Below are positions 10,261 to 20,400 of a stretch of 64,000 nt of DNA, one piece after another (within the stretch, counting starts at the first letter, position 1; every line of letters starts with the position of its first letter). The translations under genes and the position numbers were made by a program. The stretch spans positions 1 through 64,000 of the IMG/VR virus record IMGVR_UViG_3300029959_000004. One strand, given 5' to 3'. This DNA comes from a virus. The notes under the pieces are model-generated. The model saw nothing but the letters and a program-made list of their open reading frames with translations, ran no database searches and was not told where the DNA came from.

Positions 10261-11241
10261 TTATTCCTTTCGAAAACCGGTTTTGAAAAAGAAAGGAAGA
10301 TGAGTATCATACCCCTCAGGTTTAGAATTTGTCTTGGTTTTTTGTATCTTTACAACTAAGTCAAATCCTATTTTCCTATTTACTTTAATAGCTTTACCAT
10401 TCTCATCTACTTCTCCTGTGTTCATCTTTTCTGTAGGGGCATCTGCTCCTTGTCTCATAAATAAAGTAAGTAAAGACCAATGTTTCTGTGCTCTACCACC
10501 AGTAAGTTCTTCGTGAACAGCAAAAGTACCTATACCACCAGTTCTGCTTTGACCTACTAGAGTAACTGCTATCTTAGCTTTATAAATAGGTGTAGCACAA
10601 CGTCTTAGGAACTTTCCCATTTTCTTAGCAAGAGAAGCTATTTCGTTTTCTGCCATCAGTCTTTCTTTACCACTCTTAGCTTCGTTCTCTTCTTGAGTAG
10701 ACATAGCTTGAATACTATCTATAACAATAAGATCAACTACTTTTTCATTAGAAAGCTTTAAAACCCAGTCCATTGCTTCTTCTGCGTTAGTTGCATCTTC
10801 TATCAAGACTAGTTCTTCTATATTAACTCCAAACATTATAGCTCTCTCTTTAGAAAATGAATGCTCCAAATCTAAATATGCACATATTTTATTGCGTTTC
10901 TGTGCTTCTGCTATTTGAGACAAACAAAGACTACTCTTTCCAGTACTTTCTGACCCCCAGATTATAATAAAGTTACCTGCTATACCACCATTACCAGTAA
11001 GTTCATCAATTTCTTTAACTCCAAAAGGTAGTCTCTCTTTATCTGGCTCATCTTTAGCAAATTTTAACACCACTGATTTATTATCACGGTTAATTTCATT
11101 CATCACTCTATGAAGTTTCTCTATCTTCTCTTTTTGTTCTTTAGTTAAAATGAGTTTTTCTTTCTCAATTAATTCTTTTACTTCTTGAGGTTGTTCTTCT
11201 ATATATTCTTTAACAGTTTTTAATTTTTTAGGCCTTCTCAT
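10261..11241 (-). CDS. recA: RecA/UvsX-like recombinase
   Basis: GSESTGKSS Walker A, YLDLEH, VIDSI and GGRAQKHW motifs. Start moved to the ATG at 11241, which has an AGGAGA RBS. Confidence 0.9.
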   Translation of the reverse strand: MRRPKKLKTVKEYIEEQPQEVKELIEKEKLILTKEQKEKIEKLHRVMNEINRDNKSVVLKFAKDEPDKERLPFGVKEIDELTGNGGIAGNFIIIWGSESTGKSSLCLSQIAEAQKRNKICAYLDLEHSFSKERAIMFGVNIEELVLIEDATNAEEAMDWVLKLSNEKVVDLIVIDSIQAMSTQEENEAKSGKERLMAENEIASLAKKMGKFLRRCATPIYKAKIAVTLVGQSRTGGIGTFAVHEELTGGRAQKHWSLLTLFMRQGADAPTEKMNTGEVDENGKAIKVNRKIGFDLVVKIQKTKTNSKPEGYDTHLPFFFKTGFRKE

Positions 11242-11249
11242 ATTTCTCC

Positions 11250-11792
11250 TTATATTTGTAAAGAACTTTCGTCTATTTGATTGCCCCAACTATCCCAATT
11301 TAATACTTTACGTCTAGCAAAAAGTTCTATCTTCTTTCCAGTACTAACTTTTTCTATCATTCTTCTCATCTCTTCAGGTTTAGTACTGTGTTCGGTTCTT
11401 GAAGCATTGATTACAGTAACACCTTGTTGTCTTTTACCATCAATTACTTTATAAGGAATCATTCCTTTAACACCAAATAGACAATGTTCAGTAATTCCTC
11501 TAAAATACTGTCCTAAACCAAATCTATCTTTAACCCAAGTAATTGTAGTTTTGTAGTCAAATCCCCATTTTTTCATAACTTCTAATCCAGCAGGAAGATA
11601 GTTGTTTGTTACCCAAAGATATAAATGAGCGTTGTTTTCACAGATAGATTCAACAGGAAGATTTTTTATTTCTTCTATGCTCATTAAATTATAATGTCTA
11701 TCGGCTCCTCTTTTAATCTTACCGCCACCATATTCCGGCCAGGGAGGATCGGCATATATTATACTGTATTTTTTATTAGGAAATGGTATCAT
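11250..11792 (-). CDS. MT-A70 family adenine methyltransferase
   Basis: IIYADPPW, LYLWVT, EHCLFG, EHSTKP and IELFAR motifs. Confidence 0.92.
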   Translation of the reverse strand: MIPFPNKKYSIIYADPPWPEYGGGKIKRGADRHYNLMSIEEIKNLPVESICENNAHLYLWVTNNYLPAGLEVMKKWGFDYKTTITWVKDRFGLGQYFRGITEHCLFGVKGMIPYKVIDGKRQQGVTVINASRTEHSTKPEEMRRMIEKVSTGKKIELFARRKVLNWDSWGNQIDESSLQI

Positions 11793-12124
11793 ATATTATT
11801 TTTATAATAGAATTCAGCTAATCTAATAAAATCTTTTAGGTCTAGTACTGCAAAGGTTTCATTCTTAGAATTCTGTAAGATATATAAAGGAGTTTTTAAA
11901 GAAGAAACCGGTATATCTGAACACAATTTGTTCCAAATTTTTGACTTAACTGTTATATTTTCTGTGTTTCTCTTTTTACATTCCACACTATACTCGGTAT
12001 TTAGGATGTCTCCTATTTCGGTGGATGCTCCAGAATTCTTGCTAGGTCTTGCTTTCTTATCTATACTCTTTAGATAGTCAGCTACAAAAGACTCAAGTTT
12101 TTTTCCTATGTCTCTAGTGTTCAT
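11789..12124 (-). CDS. Hjc-like (PD-(D/E)XK) Holliday junction resolvase
   Basis: GKKLESFVA, SGA...GDI and VECK motifs. Confidence 0.7.
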   Translation of the reverse strand: MNTRDIGKKLESFVADYLKSIDKKARPSKNSGASTEIGDILNTEYSVECKKRNTENITVKSKIWNKLCSDIPVSSLKTPLYILQNSKNETFAVLDLKDFIRLAEFYYKNNI

Positions 12125-12289
12125 CTTTTAAATCTTCCGTCAATACATTTTTTTCTTTTATATACTCATTAGTTTCTTTTTCAATTTTAGAAAGAATCTT
12201 ACTATATTGCTCAGTACGTTCTTTGTTTCCCTTTATATAACAATCTAATTCTTCAATTCTGCTTCTTATATAAACTTTAGTTATCTCAT

Positions 12290-12742
12290 TCATTTTTTCT
12301 CCTTTTTTAGAAACGTTTCACTAAAAAATACAGCTATAGCAAGAGCACTCCAAATATCTTTAGAAACGCCATATAACTTACCGGGAGTCTTCTTAGTTCC
12401 TGTTTCCCCAAATTTATCAATTAATACTTGTCTAACGTTACTATCTTTAGCTCTAGTGGTGTTACAGAAAAACATTTTAATATCTTTTCTATAAACAAGA
12501 GTTGATTTTTTTGCTAGCTGTACGAAACGTCCTATCCATAAAACAGTTTCAAAGGTGGTTTTACCTACAGGCATTCCATAACAAGCTACCATTTCAATTA
12601 CAAGTTCTATATCTTCATTATTTTCTATTAACTTCAACATATTCTCATTAGAAATTATTCCTTTATCCTTTATTTTCTTTTCCTTATTATCCCATATAAC
12701 ATAAGCACTTTGTATAGTTCCGGGATCTATAGATAGAATCAT
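12290..12742 (-). CDS. RuvC-like Holliday junction resolvase
   Basis: ILSIDPG, VIEM and DIWSALAIA motifs. Confidence 0.75.
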   Translation of the reverse strand: MILSIDPGTIQSAYVIWDNKEKKIKDKGIISNENMLKLIENNEDIELVIEMVACYGMPVGKTTFETVLWIGRFVQLAKKSTLVYRKDIKMFFCNTTRAKDSNVRQVLIDKFGETGTKKTPGKLYGVSKDIWSALAIAVFFSETFLKKEKK

Positions 12743-14467
12743 TTTTTATTCCTCTTTTTTATTTCTTTATATATAATTCCTGGAGCCAACCAACCTAAAG
12801 CTGAGTTTAAAGCTGAACATATATACAGAGCTTCTTCAACAGTTAATTCCAAAGCGAATTGACAAACAGCTCCTTTAGAGCACAACCATATATTGTCTTT
12901 TTTATAATTAGTAGGTTTTGTACTAATACCGGCACAGATAAAATTATCTTCTTTACCTTTAATTAATAAAGTAGATTGACAGTTTTTATTTTTTTTCGTG
13001 CAACTCATTTGATTTTTCCTTAGTAAATAACTTTTTATATTCGCTGTATCTAATACATTCTTTGCATTTTATCTCTCTAAAAACACAATCCATTTTTAAA
13101 CAAAAATTTATTGAATAGTTTCCTCTACTTTTTATTCCCATCTTATTTCTCCTTAACTATGAGTTGAGGCGTTTACGAAGCTAGTCTTCTTACACCTTTC
13201 CGATCCATTGCTAGTTTTCTCCTTCTCATAGCGATGATAGTTTTGATATGCTTATCGGGCACTCTGCTCATTTGGCAGTCTATGCTACTTAATTTTAGTG
13301 AACTTGTTTCTTTAAGAGTTTATTAGAATGGTGTTAATCTATCTAACATTTTGTATCCTAAATAGTCACTGTAAGAAAAATTGTCATCTTCATTCTTTTT
13401 GTTTTTATCACTTAAACTGACCGCTATGCTTCTCAAATAAAACGCCGAAGCTATTTCTACAGCCAAATTACGATTATTGTAAGTTACTTCTTGAGCTTTG
13501 GATAAATAACTATCGCCAACAGATATATTATCGTCTGAAAAAACTAAATTATTGCAAACTAGACAAAAAATAAATAACATTAATATTTTTTTCATCATAT
13601 CTCCTTTCTTAATCCTATACGATAATGATTGTGTTTCATAAAAAATACTTCCCAATTAGGATATAACCTTCTTACTTCTGTCAATCTATCAGAATCATCT
13701 AACTTAAAAAATATATTTCTCCACATTCTATGTCTTTTCTGATTACTTAACCCTCTACCAGTAGTTACATAATCAAATAATTTACATTCTTTCTTTGGTA
13801 TGTTAATCCATTTATACTCATATCTTTTCTTTAGTTCTGGATGAGTTTTGTATTTACATTTAGTAGCGTAACCGAGAGCTTCCCAAAATCCCTTGTCTTC
13901 ACACATAGAACATATTTTAAAGAACTGTTCTTTAGTGATAGTTCCTTTTCTTAACCAAGAAACTAACTTTCTCTCTTTTAAAGCTTCTAGTGTTTGCCAA
14001 CCCATTTTTTAATTAATTTTTCCTAATTATTTTTCTAATAATTTATTTAAAAAGATTATGAATAGTAAAAATATCAATACGCCAGTAAAAGCTTCAAATG
14101 TATTTGCGAAGAATGGTTGTTCAGAAGAAGGAAATGAATTATTAACTTTTATTTCTTCTTTAGTTTCACTATTAAACAGTTTTATAGGGTTAAATGGGTT
14201 ACAAAGACCAGCTGGAGTTACCCATTTGCTAGGATTACTTATTATATATGGGCTACAAAAATCATTATAATTAGACATTATTTAATCTCCTTTAACTCAC
14301 TGAAACGATAACACTCCTCACATTTAATATTCTTATTAGAACAGTTTTTAAGACACACGCCCACTACAGTAAAGGGATTACCAAAACATTTATGAGCAGT
14401 GTCTTTAAACTTGTCTAACTTCTTTCTTCTTTGTGCTTTAGTTGTTTTACAAGCGTTTTTTTCTATA

Positions 14468-14731
14468 TTACGTTTTTTTAGGTCGCCTATACTCATATAA
14501 CCTCTTTAATGATTTTATTATAGTATCATAATTATCTTTTACGTGAGGAAAGATACATTCTTCACATTGATTGTTATTTACACACTCTTTAGTGTTAAAA
14601 AGAGAGCAGTAACACCATAAACAATTAAACTTCCAAACTTTGATCTTGTGACAAGGAAAAAATTCACATTGTTTATGTTGAAAGAATTTGAAGTTTTCAG
14701 TATTTATTTCAATCCTTCTTTCTTTTTCCAC
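14468..14731 (-). CDS. Cysteine-rich small domain protein
   Basis: CEFFPCH...FNCLWCYC...CEECIFPH pattern. Confidence 0.65.
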   Translation of the reverse strand: MEKERRIEINTENFKFFQHKQCEFFPCHKIKVWKFNCLWCYCSLFNTKECVNNNQCEECIFPHVKDNYDTIIKSLKRLYEYRRPKKT

Positions 14732-15258
14732 TTACAGTATTCTCCGTACAGTTCTTCAAAAGTTCTTGGCATAAAATTGTTTACATCAACACCCACGTTA
14801 ATACAATCTGTAATTCTTGCTCCACTAACTATTCTTTTAAACTTCCACAAATTGTGGACATGGCCAACCAAATTAATTTCATAGTTTAGATTAGCGTAGT
14901 CTGGGTTGTGAACTAGATTAATTCTCTTCCCAGCATATCTAATAACTAGACTTTCTATAGGAGTTTTATTACCGTTATTGTGACAATGATTACCACCTAT
15001 AAAAATATTATTACCATTTAATCTTTTCTTAAACTCAAAAACTTTAACTGGTTCTCCCTCTCCACTCTTACCACCTTTAGAGTTACGAAAGATAAAGTCT
15101 CCAATATGAAAACAATTATCCTCTTCTTTGACTCTAGCGTTGTGATTTCTAATCATTGTCTCATTCATATCTTCTAAAGTCTTAAATTCTCTAGAAGCAT
15201 AAGTGTTCATATTCCAATGAAAGAAATGTTGATCTGCGGTAAAAAAGTTTTTACTCAT
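14704..15258 (-). CDS. Calcineurin-like metallophosphoesterase
   Basis: ADQHFFH, IGDF, GNH, GHVH and INVGVD motifs. Confidence 0.9.
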   Translation of the reverse strand: MSKNFFTADQHFFHWNMNTYASREFKTLEDMNETMIRNHNARVKEEDNCFHIGDFIFRNSKGGKSGEGEPVKVFEFKKRLNGNNIFIGGNHCHNNGNKTPIESLVIRYAGKRINLVHNPDYANLNYEINLVGHVHNLWKFKRIVSGARITDCINVGVDVNNFMPRTFEELYGEYCKWKKKEGLK

Positions 15259-15752
15259 TTATATTGTTTTAATATATCTTCCAACTCTTCTACAGTTTTA
15301 ACTCTTACAGAAGCTTTAGTTTTCTGATTATATGGTTGGTCTATAGTAATTATTCTCTTGTAACTATCAAAAAAGGGATAGTCATCTATCAATATAACGT
15401 TCTTTTCTCTTAACAAAGCTCTATACTTCTCTTTAGGAGTTAAATATCTAATGTCTATATCTATTCCCGACTTTAGGTGTTGTCTTAACCATAGATTAGT
15501 ATAGAGTTTCCAATCGTCTGGTTGATGAGACCAAAGCTCTATGTGCCCGTTTACAAAAGAATTTATAGTATCTAAATACTTAGTTGCAGGAGCGTCGCTA
15601 ACTATTTCCGGCTTCTCTCTAGCTAAATCATATATATCTTTACCATCTAACTTCCAGTTCCACTCTTTTATCTCGAAGTTAAAAGCTTTAGTAACTGCAA
15701 TATATAAATCTCTAATGACTCCATCTACATCCCAAACTAATTTAGTCTTCAT
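15255..15752 (-). CDS. HAD-family 5'(3')-deoxyribonucleotidase-like protein
   Basis: WDVDGVI, LIDD and QPYN motifs. Confidence 0.75.
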   Translation of the reverse strand: MKTKLVWDVDGVIRDLYIAVTKAFNFEIKEWNWKLDGKDIYDLAREKPEIVSDAPATKYLDTINSFVNGHIELWSHQPDDWKLYTNLWLRQHLKSGIDIDIRYLTPKEKYRALLREKNVILIDDYPFFDSYKRIITIDQPYNQKTKASVRVKTVEELEDILKQYK

Positions 15753-18630
15753 CTATAGCATTCTCCAATTTTTCTAGAGTCTTTTTCTCCCAATTATATT
15801 TACACGGTACTTTCATAAATTTTTGTCTTATTTTAGGTTCACGAATATAGTCTATATGAAAACCACCATAAGTTCCGTCTCCTTTTTCATCATCATACAT
15901 ATATCTTGTAACTAAAGCTGGGAAAAAAGAAATCATATTTTGAGCGAAGAAAGTACCGTCTTGTTTTAACTGAACAAAACAGATTAATATGCCTCCTTGT
16001 TTAACTAACTGTTCAGCAAAGTGTTTAAACAACTTATCTGTTTCTGCATAATCGGTTGGGAGCACCCAATCTATTATGGTTATTGCATTTTTTTCTATTT
16101 CTATATTTTCGGGAGAAAAATGTACGCACCATTTGAACTGTCCCTCACTTATACCTAACGTTTTAGCAATTGATACAAATCTATTACCTGATTCAAGACT
16201 AATATAGTGAGGTTTTTTTCCTTGATCTATAAGTTGTTTAATTATATTCAAACTTATATGGCTTTTCCCCACCTTACTTTTTGCACCAATTACTATCATA
16301 TCGCCATTACGAAAAGTAGCTACGTCATTAAGATATGGCATATTAAAATCTATAGTGGAGCCTTCATCTAGAAAAGTCTCTCTCCACTCAGCTTTCTTAA
16401 TTAGATGAAAAGCTTTACGCTTCTTATATACTAGTCCTTCTTTTATAAGATAAGCTATAGCTTTCTCCATTCTCTGCTTTCCTTCTGAAGTTTTCTCTCC
16501 TATAGCTTCTCTGATGTCCATAGAGTTAGCTTCTTCTACTATTCTCAAATAATTTAGAACTTTTACAGCTAGTTCTGTACCATCCATAGATATATATTTA
16601 TCTAAACTATTAACAATAGCGTCGAATTCTCTTGCAGAGAGAGGAGGATTACAAAAATGCTTGTTTATCAAATCTAGAGTATATGCGGTTTGTGCTAAGT
16701 TCATTTCTTTACGAAGAATACCACCAAATCTAATAAGAAAAGAGTTTCGGTTCCCCTCGCTTACTTGTCTTAGATTTAAATCTTCCAGATTTACGCTACC
16801 TAATTTAATCTCTTCTATCATTCTTTCACTAAAAGTTTGCAAAGGAACAGAAGTTTTAGATTTAAGAAGAGCAATTAACTCTTTAGGCATTTCTGCTATT
16901 TCATTATATCTAATCTCTCTTATTTTACCATCTACTACAGAAGGGAAGACTACAGATTGTTTACCGTCATTTAACAAGTCAGTTTTATACTCATCGTATC
17001 TAGTATTCTTTAATTCCTCTGTGTACTTAAAAACAAGATGCCAACCTTTATTTGTTTTAAAAGTTAAGGTAGGTAGAAGTAGATTGTCTATTCCAGGTGG
17101 TATCTCTTCTTGATCTATATCAATGATTGTAACATTAGAACATTTCCCTGTCTTTAAACCTATATTAAGACCGTCTTTAAGCCAGTCTTCCCATTCTTTT
17201 CTATTTTTATGAGTCTTAGTAGTCCAAGCACAGTTACCACTCCAAAAACTTCTTCCTTTTCTTCGAACAAATATTACATTACTAGGAACTTCTACGCAAT
17301 AAACATTATCATTATAGTTAATTTTCTTAATATGACGTTTTCTAATGGTTCTACTTTTATATTTTTGTCCTCTAATTAGATACTGAGAATCATTAGATTT
17401 TATAAAATGATCTTTATAATAACGACCTTTCGACATTACTTTAGCAGTGTATGAATTTACAACATAATTAAGTCTTAAAAAAAGTTCATAAACTCCTTCT
17501 TTTAAATTTTTAGAGCAAGTGGAATAACAGTTTGCTGGAATATGTCCGTCTCCTAACATTAAAGCATCTAATAATATTTTCGTTTGTTTTCTAGATAGAC
17601 TTAGTAATTCTCTTGGTATAAACTTATCATGAGCTTTACCGAATTGTTTTAAATAAGTGTACAGTTGCTTATTATTTGTTGTAAATCTGTCTTCTAATTC
17701 ACAAAAATTATAAGGTAGTTTTTTTAAACATTTTCTAATAATATCTTTTTTCCATGAATTTTTCTGTGCTATACAAATCTTATACTGTTTAGAACCGGTT
17801 GTCCATCCTTCACTTAAAAAATACCCTAAAAATTCTAACCATAAATTCATATCTATTTTTTCAATATGTCTATTAAATTTATTTTCAACTTTAGGAAGAT
17901 AGAAATAGTTTATATCATCACAATCTTTGTAATTTAAAATAGAAGGAATATAAAATTTATTCTCGAAATTTTTGATTCTATTATAGAAATTTTCTATAGT
18001 ATCTGACTGTTCTTTGTTATGTGAACTATGATAATGTATGATATGATTAGGAGTTATACATAAAGATAGATTTTTATGTTCAACAAAGTACATAATACCT
18101 TCATATTTGTAATTAATTATGTTTAAAGGAGTTACAAATTCTAACAATCCTTCTTTATTTCTCTGAGCTACTTTATCTTCTTTTTTTAAATCTTTAAAAT
18201 ACTTAAAACCTTTCTCAGTAAGTATTTCTGTTTCCTTATCAAAACATTCTATAGGATTCTTCTGATTTTTGGCAATTGGTATTAAATTAAATCCATTCTT
18301 CTCATAGAAGTCTAAAGCTTTTTTAGTTTCATCTTCTGTATTTATAGGTAAATCTAACACATCTCTAAGATGAGCTACTATTTCTGTCTTCTCATAAGAA
18401 CATAAATCTGGTTCTACCGTCTTAACTACGTTATCAAATCCGTCTATTACTATATTACAAGCTACACATCTAACTTTCTCTGTATTTGGTATTATAGTGG
18501 CTGTAAAACCTTCTATTCTACAAGAAGGACAGGTAAAATATGTGCACTTACCAGAAGTTCTTACTTTAAAGTTAGTTATCTTCTTTGCTAAGTAATCTAA
18601 TATTTTATCTAATATTTTTTGATCGTTCAT
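15742..18630 (-). CDS. Zn-finger / bifunctional primase-polymerase (Prim-Pol + PriCT) / RecA-fold helicase fusion with intein
   Basis: N-terminal CxxC pairs, NIGLKTG, IIDID, TNKGWH, EGNRN and AKSKVGKS Walker A. Confidence 0.85.
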   Translation of the reverse strand: MNDQKILDKILDYLAKKITNFKVRTSGKCTYFTCPSCRIEGFTATIIPNTEKVRCVACNIVIDGFDNVVKTVEPDLCSYEKTEIVAHLRDVLDLPINTEDETKKALDFYEKNGFNLIPIAKNQKNPIECFDKETEILTEKGFKYFKDLKKEDKVAQRNKEGLLEFVTPLNIINYKYEGIMYFVEHKNLSLCITPNHIIHYHSSHNKEQSDTIENFYNRIKNFENKFYIPSILNYKDCDDINYFYLPKVENKFNRHIEKIDMNLWLEFLGYFLSEGWTTGSKQYKICIAQKNSWKKDIIRKCLKKLPYNFCELEDRFTTNNKQLYTYLKQFGKAHDKFIPRELLSLSRKQTKILLDALMLGDGHIPANCYSTCSKNLKEGVYELFLRLNYVVNSYTAKVMSKGRYYKDHFIKSNDSQYLIRGQKYKSRTIRKRHIKKINYNDNVYCVEVPSNVIFVRRKGRSFWSGNCAWTTKTHKNRKEWEDWLKDGLNIGLKTGKCSNVTIIDIDQEEIPPGIDNLLLPTLTFKTNKGWHLVFKYTEELKNTRYDEYKTDLLNDGKQSVVFPSVVDGKIREIRYNEIAEMPKELIALLKSKTSVPLQTFSERMIEEIKLGSVNLEDLNLRQVSEGNRNSFLIRFGGILRKEMNLAQTAYTLDLINKHFCNPPLSAREFDAIVNSLDKYISMDGTELAVKVLNYLRIVEEANSMDIREAIGEKTSEGKQRMEKAIAYLIKEGLVYKKRKAFHLIKKAEWRETFLDEGSTIDFNMPYLNDVATFRNGDMIVIGAKSKVGKSHISLNIIKQLIDQGKKPHYISLESGNRFVSIAKTLGISEGQFKWCVHFSPENIEIEKNAITIIDWVLPTDYAETDKLFKHFAEQLVKQGGILICFVQLKQDGTFFAQNMISFFPALVTRYMYDDEKGDGTYGGFHIDYIREPKIRQKFMKVPCKYNWEKKTLEKLENAIDED
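17233..18246 (-). mobile_element. Intein (338 aa) with LAGLIDADG endonuclease in the prim-pol domain
   Basis: Starts CFDKETEIL; ITPNH; FLGYFLSEG and LDALMLGDG; ends WSGN followed by Cys. Confidence 0.9.
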
Positions 18631-18648
18631 ATTTCCTTTACATTTAGA

Positions 18649-19060
18649 GAAGAGAGCAGGTGCGGTATCTGTCTAAAAAGAGGGTACATTCATATTAGAC
18701 TTCCCATGCTCCTTTTAGGTTTTCTCATTAGCTCTAGTACCGTTCTCTAATCAAGAAAACTTTCTTTCCTTACTCTCTTCAAATGAGCGACTGGTAGATT
18801 TCTCTACCAAAGACACTTTTACTGGCAGTCTCTCCGTCCACGTGAGATTACTCACAATCATTGAGCCGCTAAAATTAATAGAAGCCAACTGAAATGTTGA
18901 GTTTGCCATCACTAGAATTACTCTAGTGCGACATAGCTTATTTAGTCCTCTTTGTGGTTTTCATAAGCATATTCGCTCTGCGTAGTGCCTCATCAGTTAG
19001 GCGTGGACCTTTAATGTCCTAAAGTCGGTGGCGAACCGAACACACTTTAGCACTGGCTCC
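18649..19060 (-). ncRNA. Three tandem structured non-coding RNA modules of unknown family (18881-19060, 18784-18870, 18649-18780)
   Basis: GC-richer intergenic DNA; each module has a closing helix, internal hairpins and G-U pairs that work on the minus strand. Confidence 0.65.
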
Positions 19061-19067
19061 TAATTTC

Positions 19068-19418
19068 TTATTCTACTTCTGGTTCAGCTACTTCTTTAAT
19101 AGGGTTCAACAAAATACTATTCATTAACTTACCAGCAACACTAACTTTAATAATCTCTACTGAAGCTTTCTTTCCTAACCAGTTAGCAGTATCGTTGCCC
19201 CAAACATTGGTTAGATTACTTCTGTTAGTAGAGTTGAGCGTCAGTGTTCTTGGTTCTTTAGCGTAAATAACTTCAATTGCAAACTGCTTGCGAGGAGTAC
19301 CGTCTTCATATTTATATTTAGTACTCTCCGTCCATTCTCCCTCACTATTAATTTCAACTACATCTCCAGATTTTACATCTTCAACTTTAAGATAATTTCT
19401 TTTACTGTTCAGAATCAT
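19068..19418 (-). CDS. Possible OB-fold single-stranded DNA-binding protein
   Basis: Beta-rich, LNxTN...WGxDTxxWxGK pattern and acidic tail, upstream of the primase-helicase. Confidence 0.5.
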   Translation of the reverse strand: MILNSKRNYLKVEDVKSGDVVEINSEGEWTESTKYKYEDGTPRKQFAIEVIYAKEPRTLTLNSTNRSNLTNVWGNDTANWLGKKASVEIIKVSVAGKLMNSILLNPIKEVAEPEVE

Positions 19419-19588
19419 TTTTTTCTCCTTTCGTTATTTGTTTTTTTAGTAACCAATTACAGAGTTTTTCATAACAACATATACAAATGTGAAACTTATG
19501 AACTAAATTATCTATAGGAGGAGATAATATTAAAGCTCCTAGACATTTTAGTTCTTTATTACATTTAGAACATTTTATTTTTAGCATA

Positions 19589-20077
19589 TTAGTCAACTAT
19601 TTGTTTGAATTTAGAAGCCAAACTGTCAATAATAGAATTGATATTATTAACATCTACTTGCCCCTGTAAAGCTATTAATGCTCTTGATACAGCATGTGCT
19701 ACAGTTTGTCTCTTAGATACTTCCTGTTTTTCTTTCTCTTCTGGTGAGTTAGCTGTTTCTTTTTTTATTTCCATACTACAAGTATAACAGGTTTTATATG
19801 TGTCGTCTTTAAGTTTAGCTCCGCATCTAATACACTTGAATACTCCAGAAGGATTAAAGTCGTTTGTGTTAGTTGTTTTTAAAACTTCTATTTGTGTTAT
19901 ATACTCCTTCCCGTCCTTTACTTCTATCTTTAAATCTAAATTAGACCCATACTGAAGAGTTTTAGATAACTCTACTAAATTGGGAGACACAAAATACCAC
20001 ACATATCCCTTCTCTGTAGACTTGTCTTCAAACTTCAACATATTACCTTCACCTTTGCTTCTAGCTAACAAGATCAT
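19589..20077 (-). CDS. Hypothetical protein with Zn ribbon
   Basis: CIRC...CYTC. Confidence 0.5.
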   Translation of the reverse strand: MILLARSKGEGNMLKFEDKSTEKGYVWYFVSPNLVELSKTLQYGSNLDLKIEVKDGKEYITQIEVLKTTNTNDFNPSGVFKCIRCGAKLKDDTYKTCYTCSMEIKKETANSPEEKEKQEVSKRQTVAHAVSRALIALQGQVDVNNINSIIDSLASKFKQIVD

Positions 20078-20238
20078 TTTACATTACTCCTTTCTATAAT
20101 AATGAACCAGCTATCCAAATATTACTTATTATAACACTAGAGTTTTCTCTAGTAAAACAATAATTTATTAACCACACTATACCCATTACAATCATAAAAG
20201 CTTTTCTTATTTCTATCATTTTATTTCTCCTATATTTT

Positions 20239-20389
20239 ACGAGAAGTTAGAATAAATAACAATCTTAATAGATAATTGACGGTATCAACACTAGTATTTT
20301 TATGCAACAATCCTAGTTTTTAACCGAATCAACACACTAGACAAAAATTAATAACAAAGTGAAGACTGTTATCTACTCTAATCTCTCGT
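20239..20389 (-). ncRNA. Putative structured RNA directly downstream of the DIP1984-like gene
   Basis: 20-bp helix UUAGAGUAGAUAACAGUCUU/AAGAUUGUUAUUUAUUCUAA with G-U pairs, plus an outer ACGAGA/UCUCGU helix. Confidence 0.6.
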
Positions 20390-20400
20390 TGCTTTCTCCG

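Noticed and set aside
18985-19000. CUGAUGAG on the minus strand, suggesting a fourth hammerhead
   Set aside because: It lies in the GCCU/AGGC hairpin; I could not build stem II + GAAA + stem III + a cleavage triplet around it.
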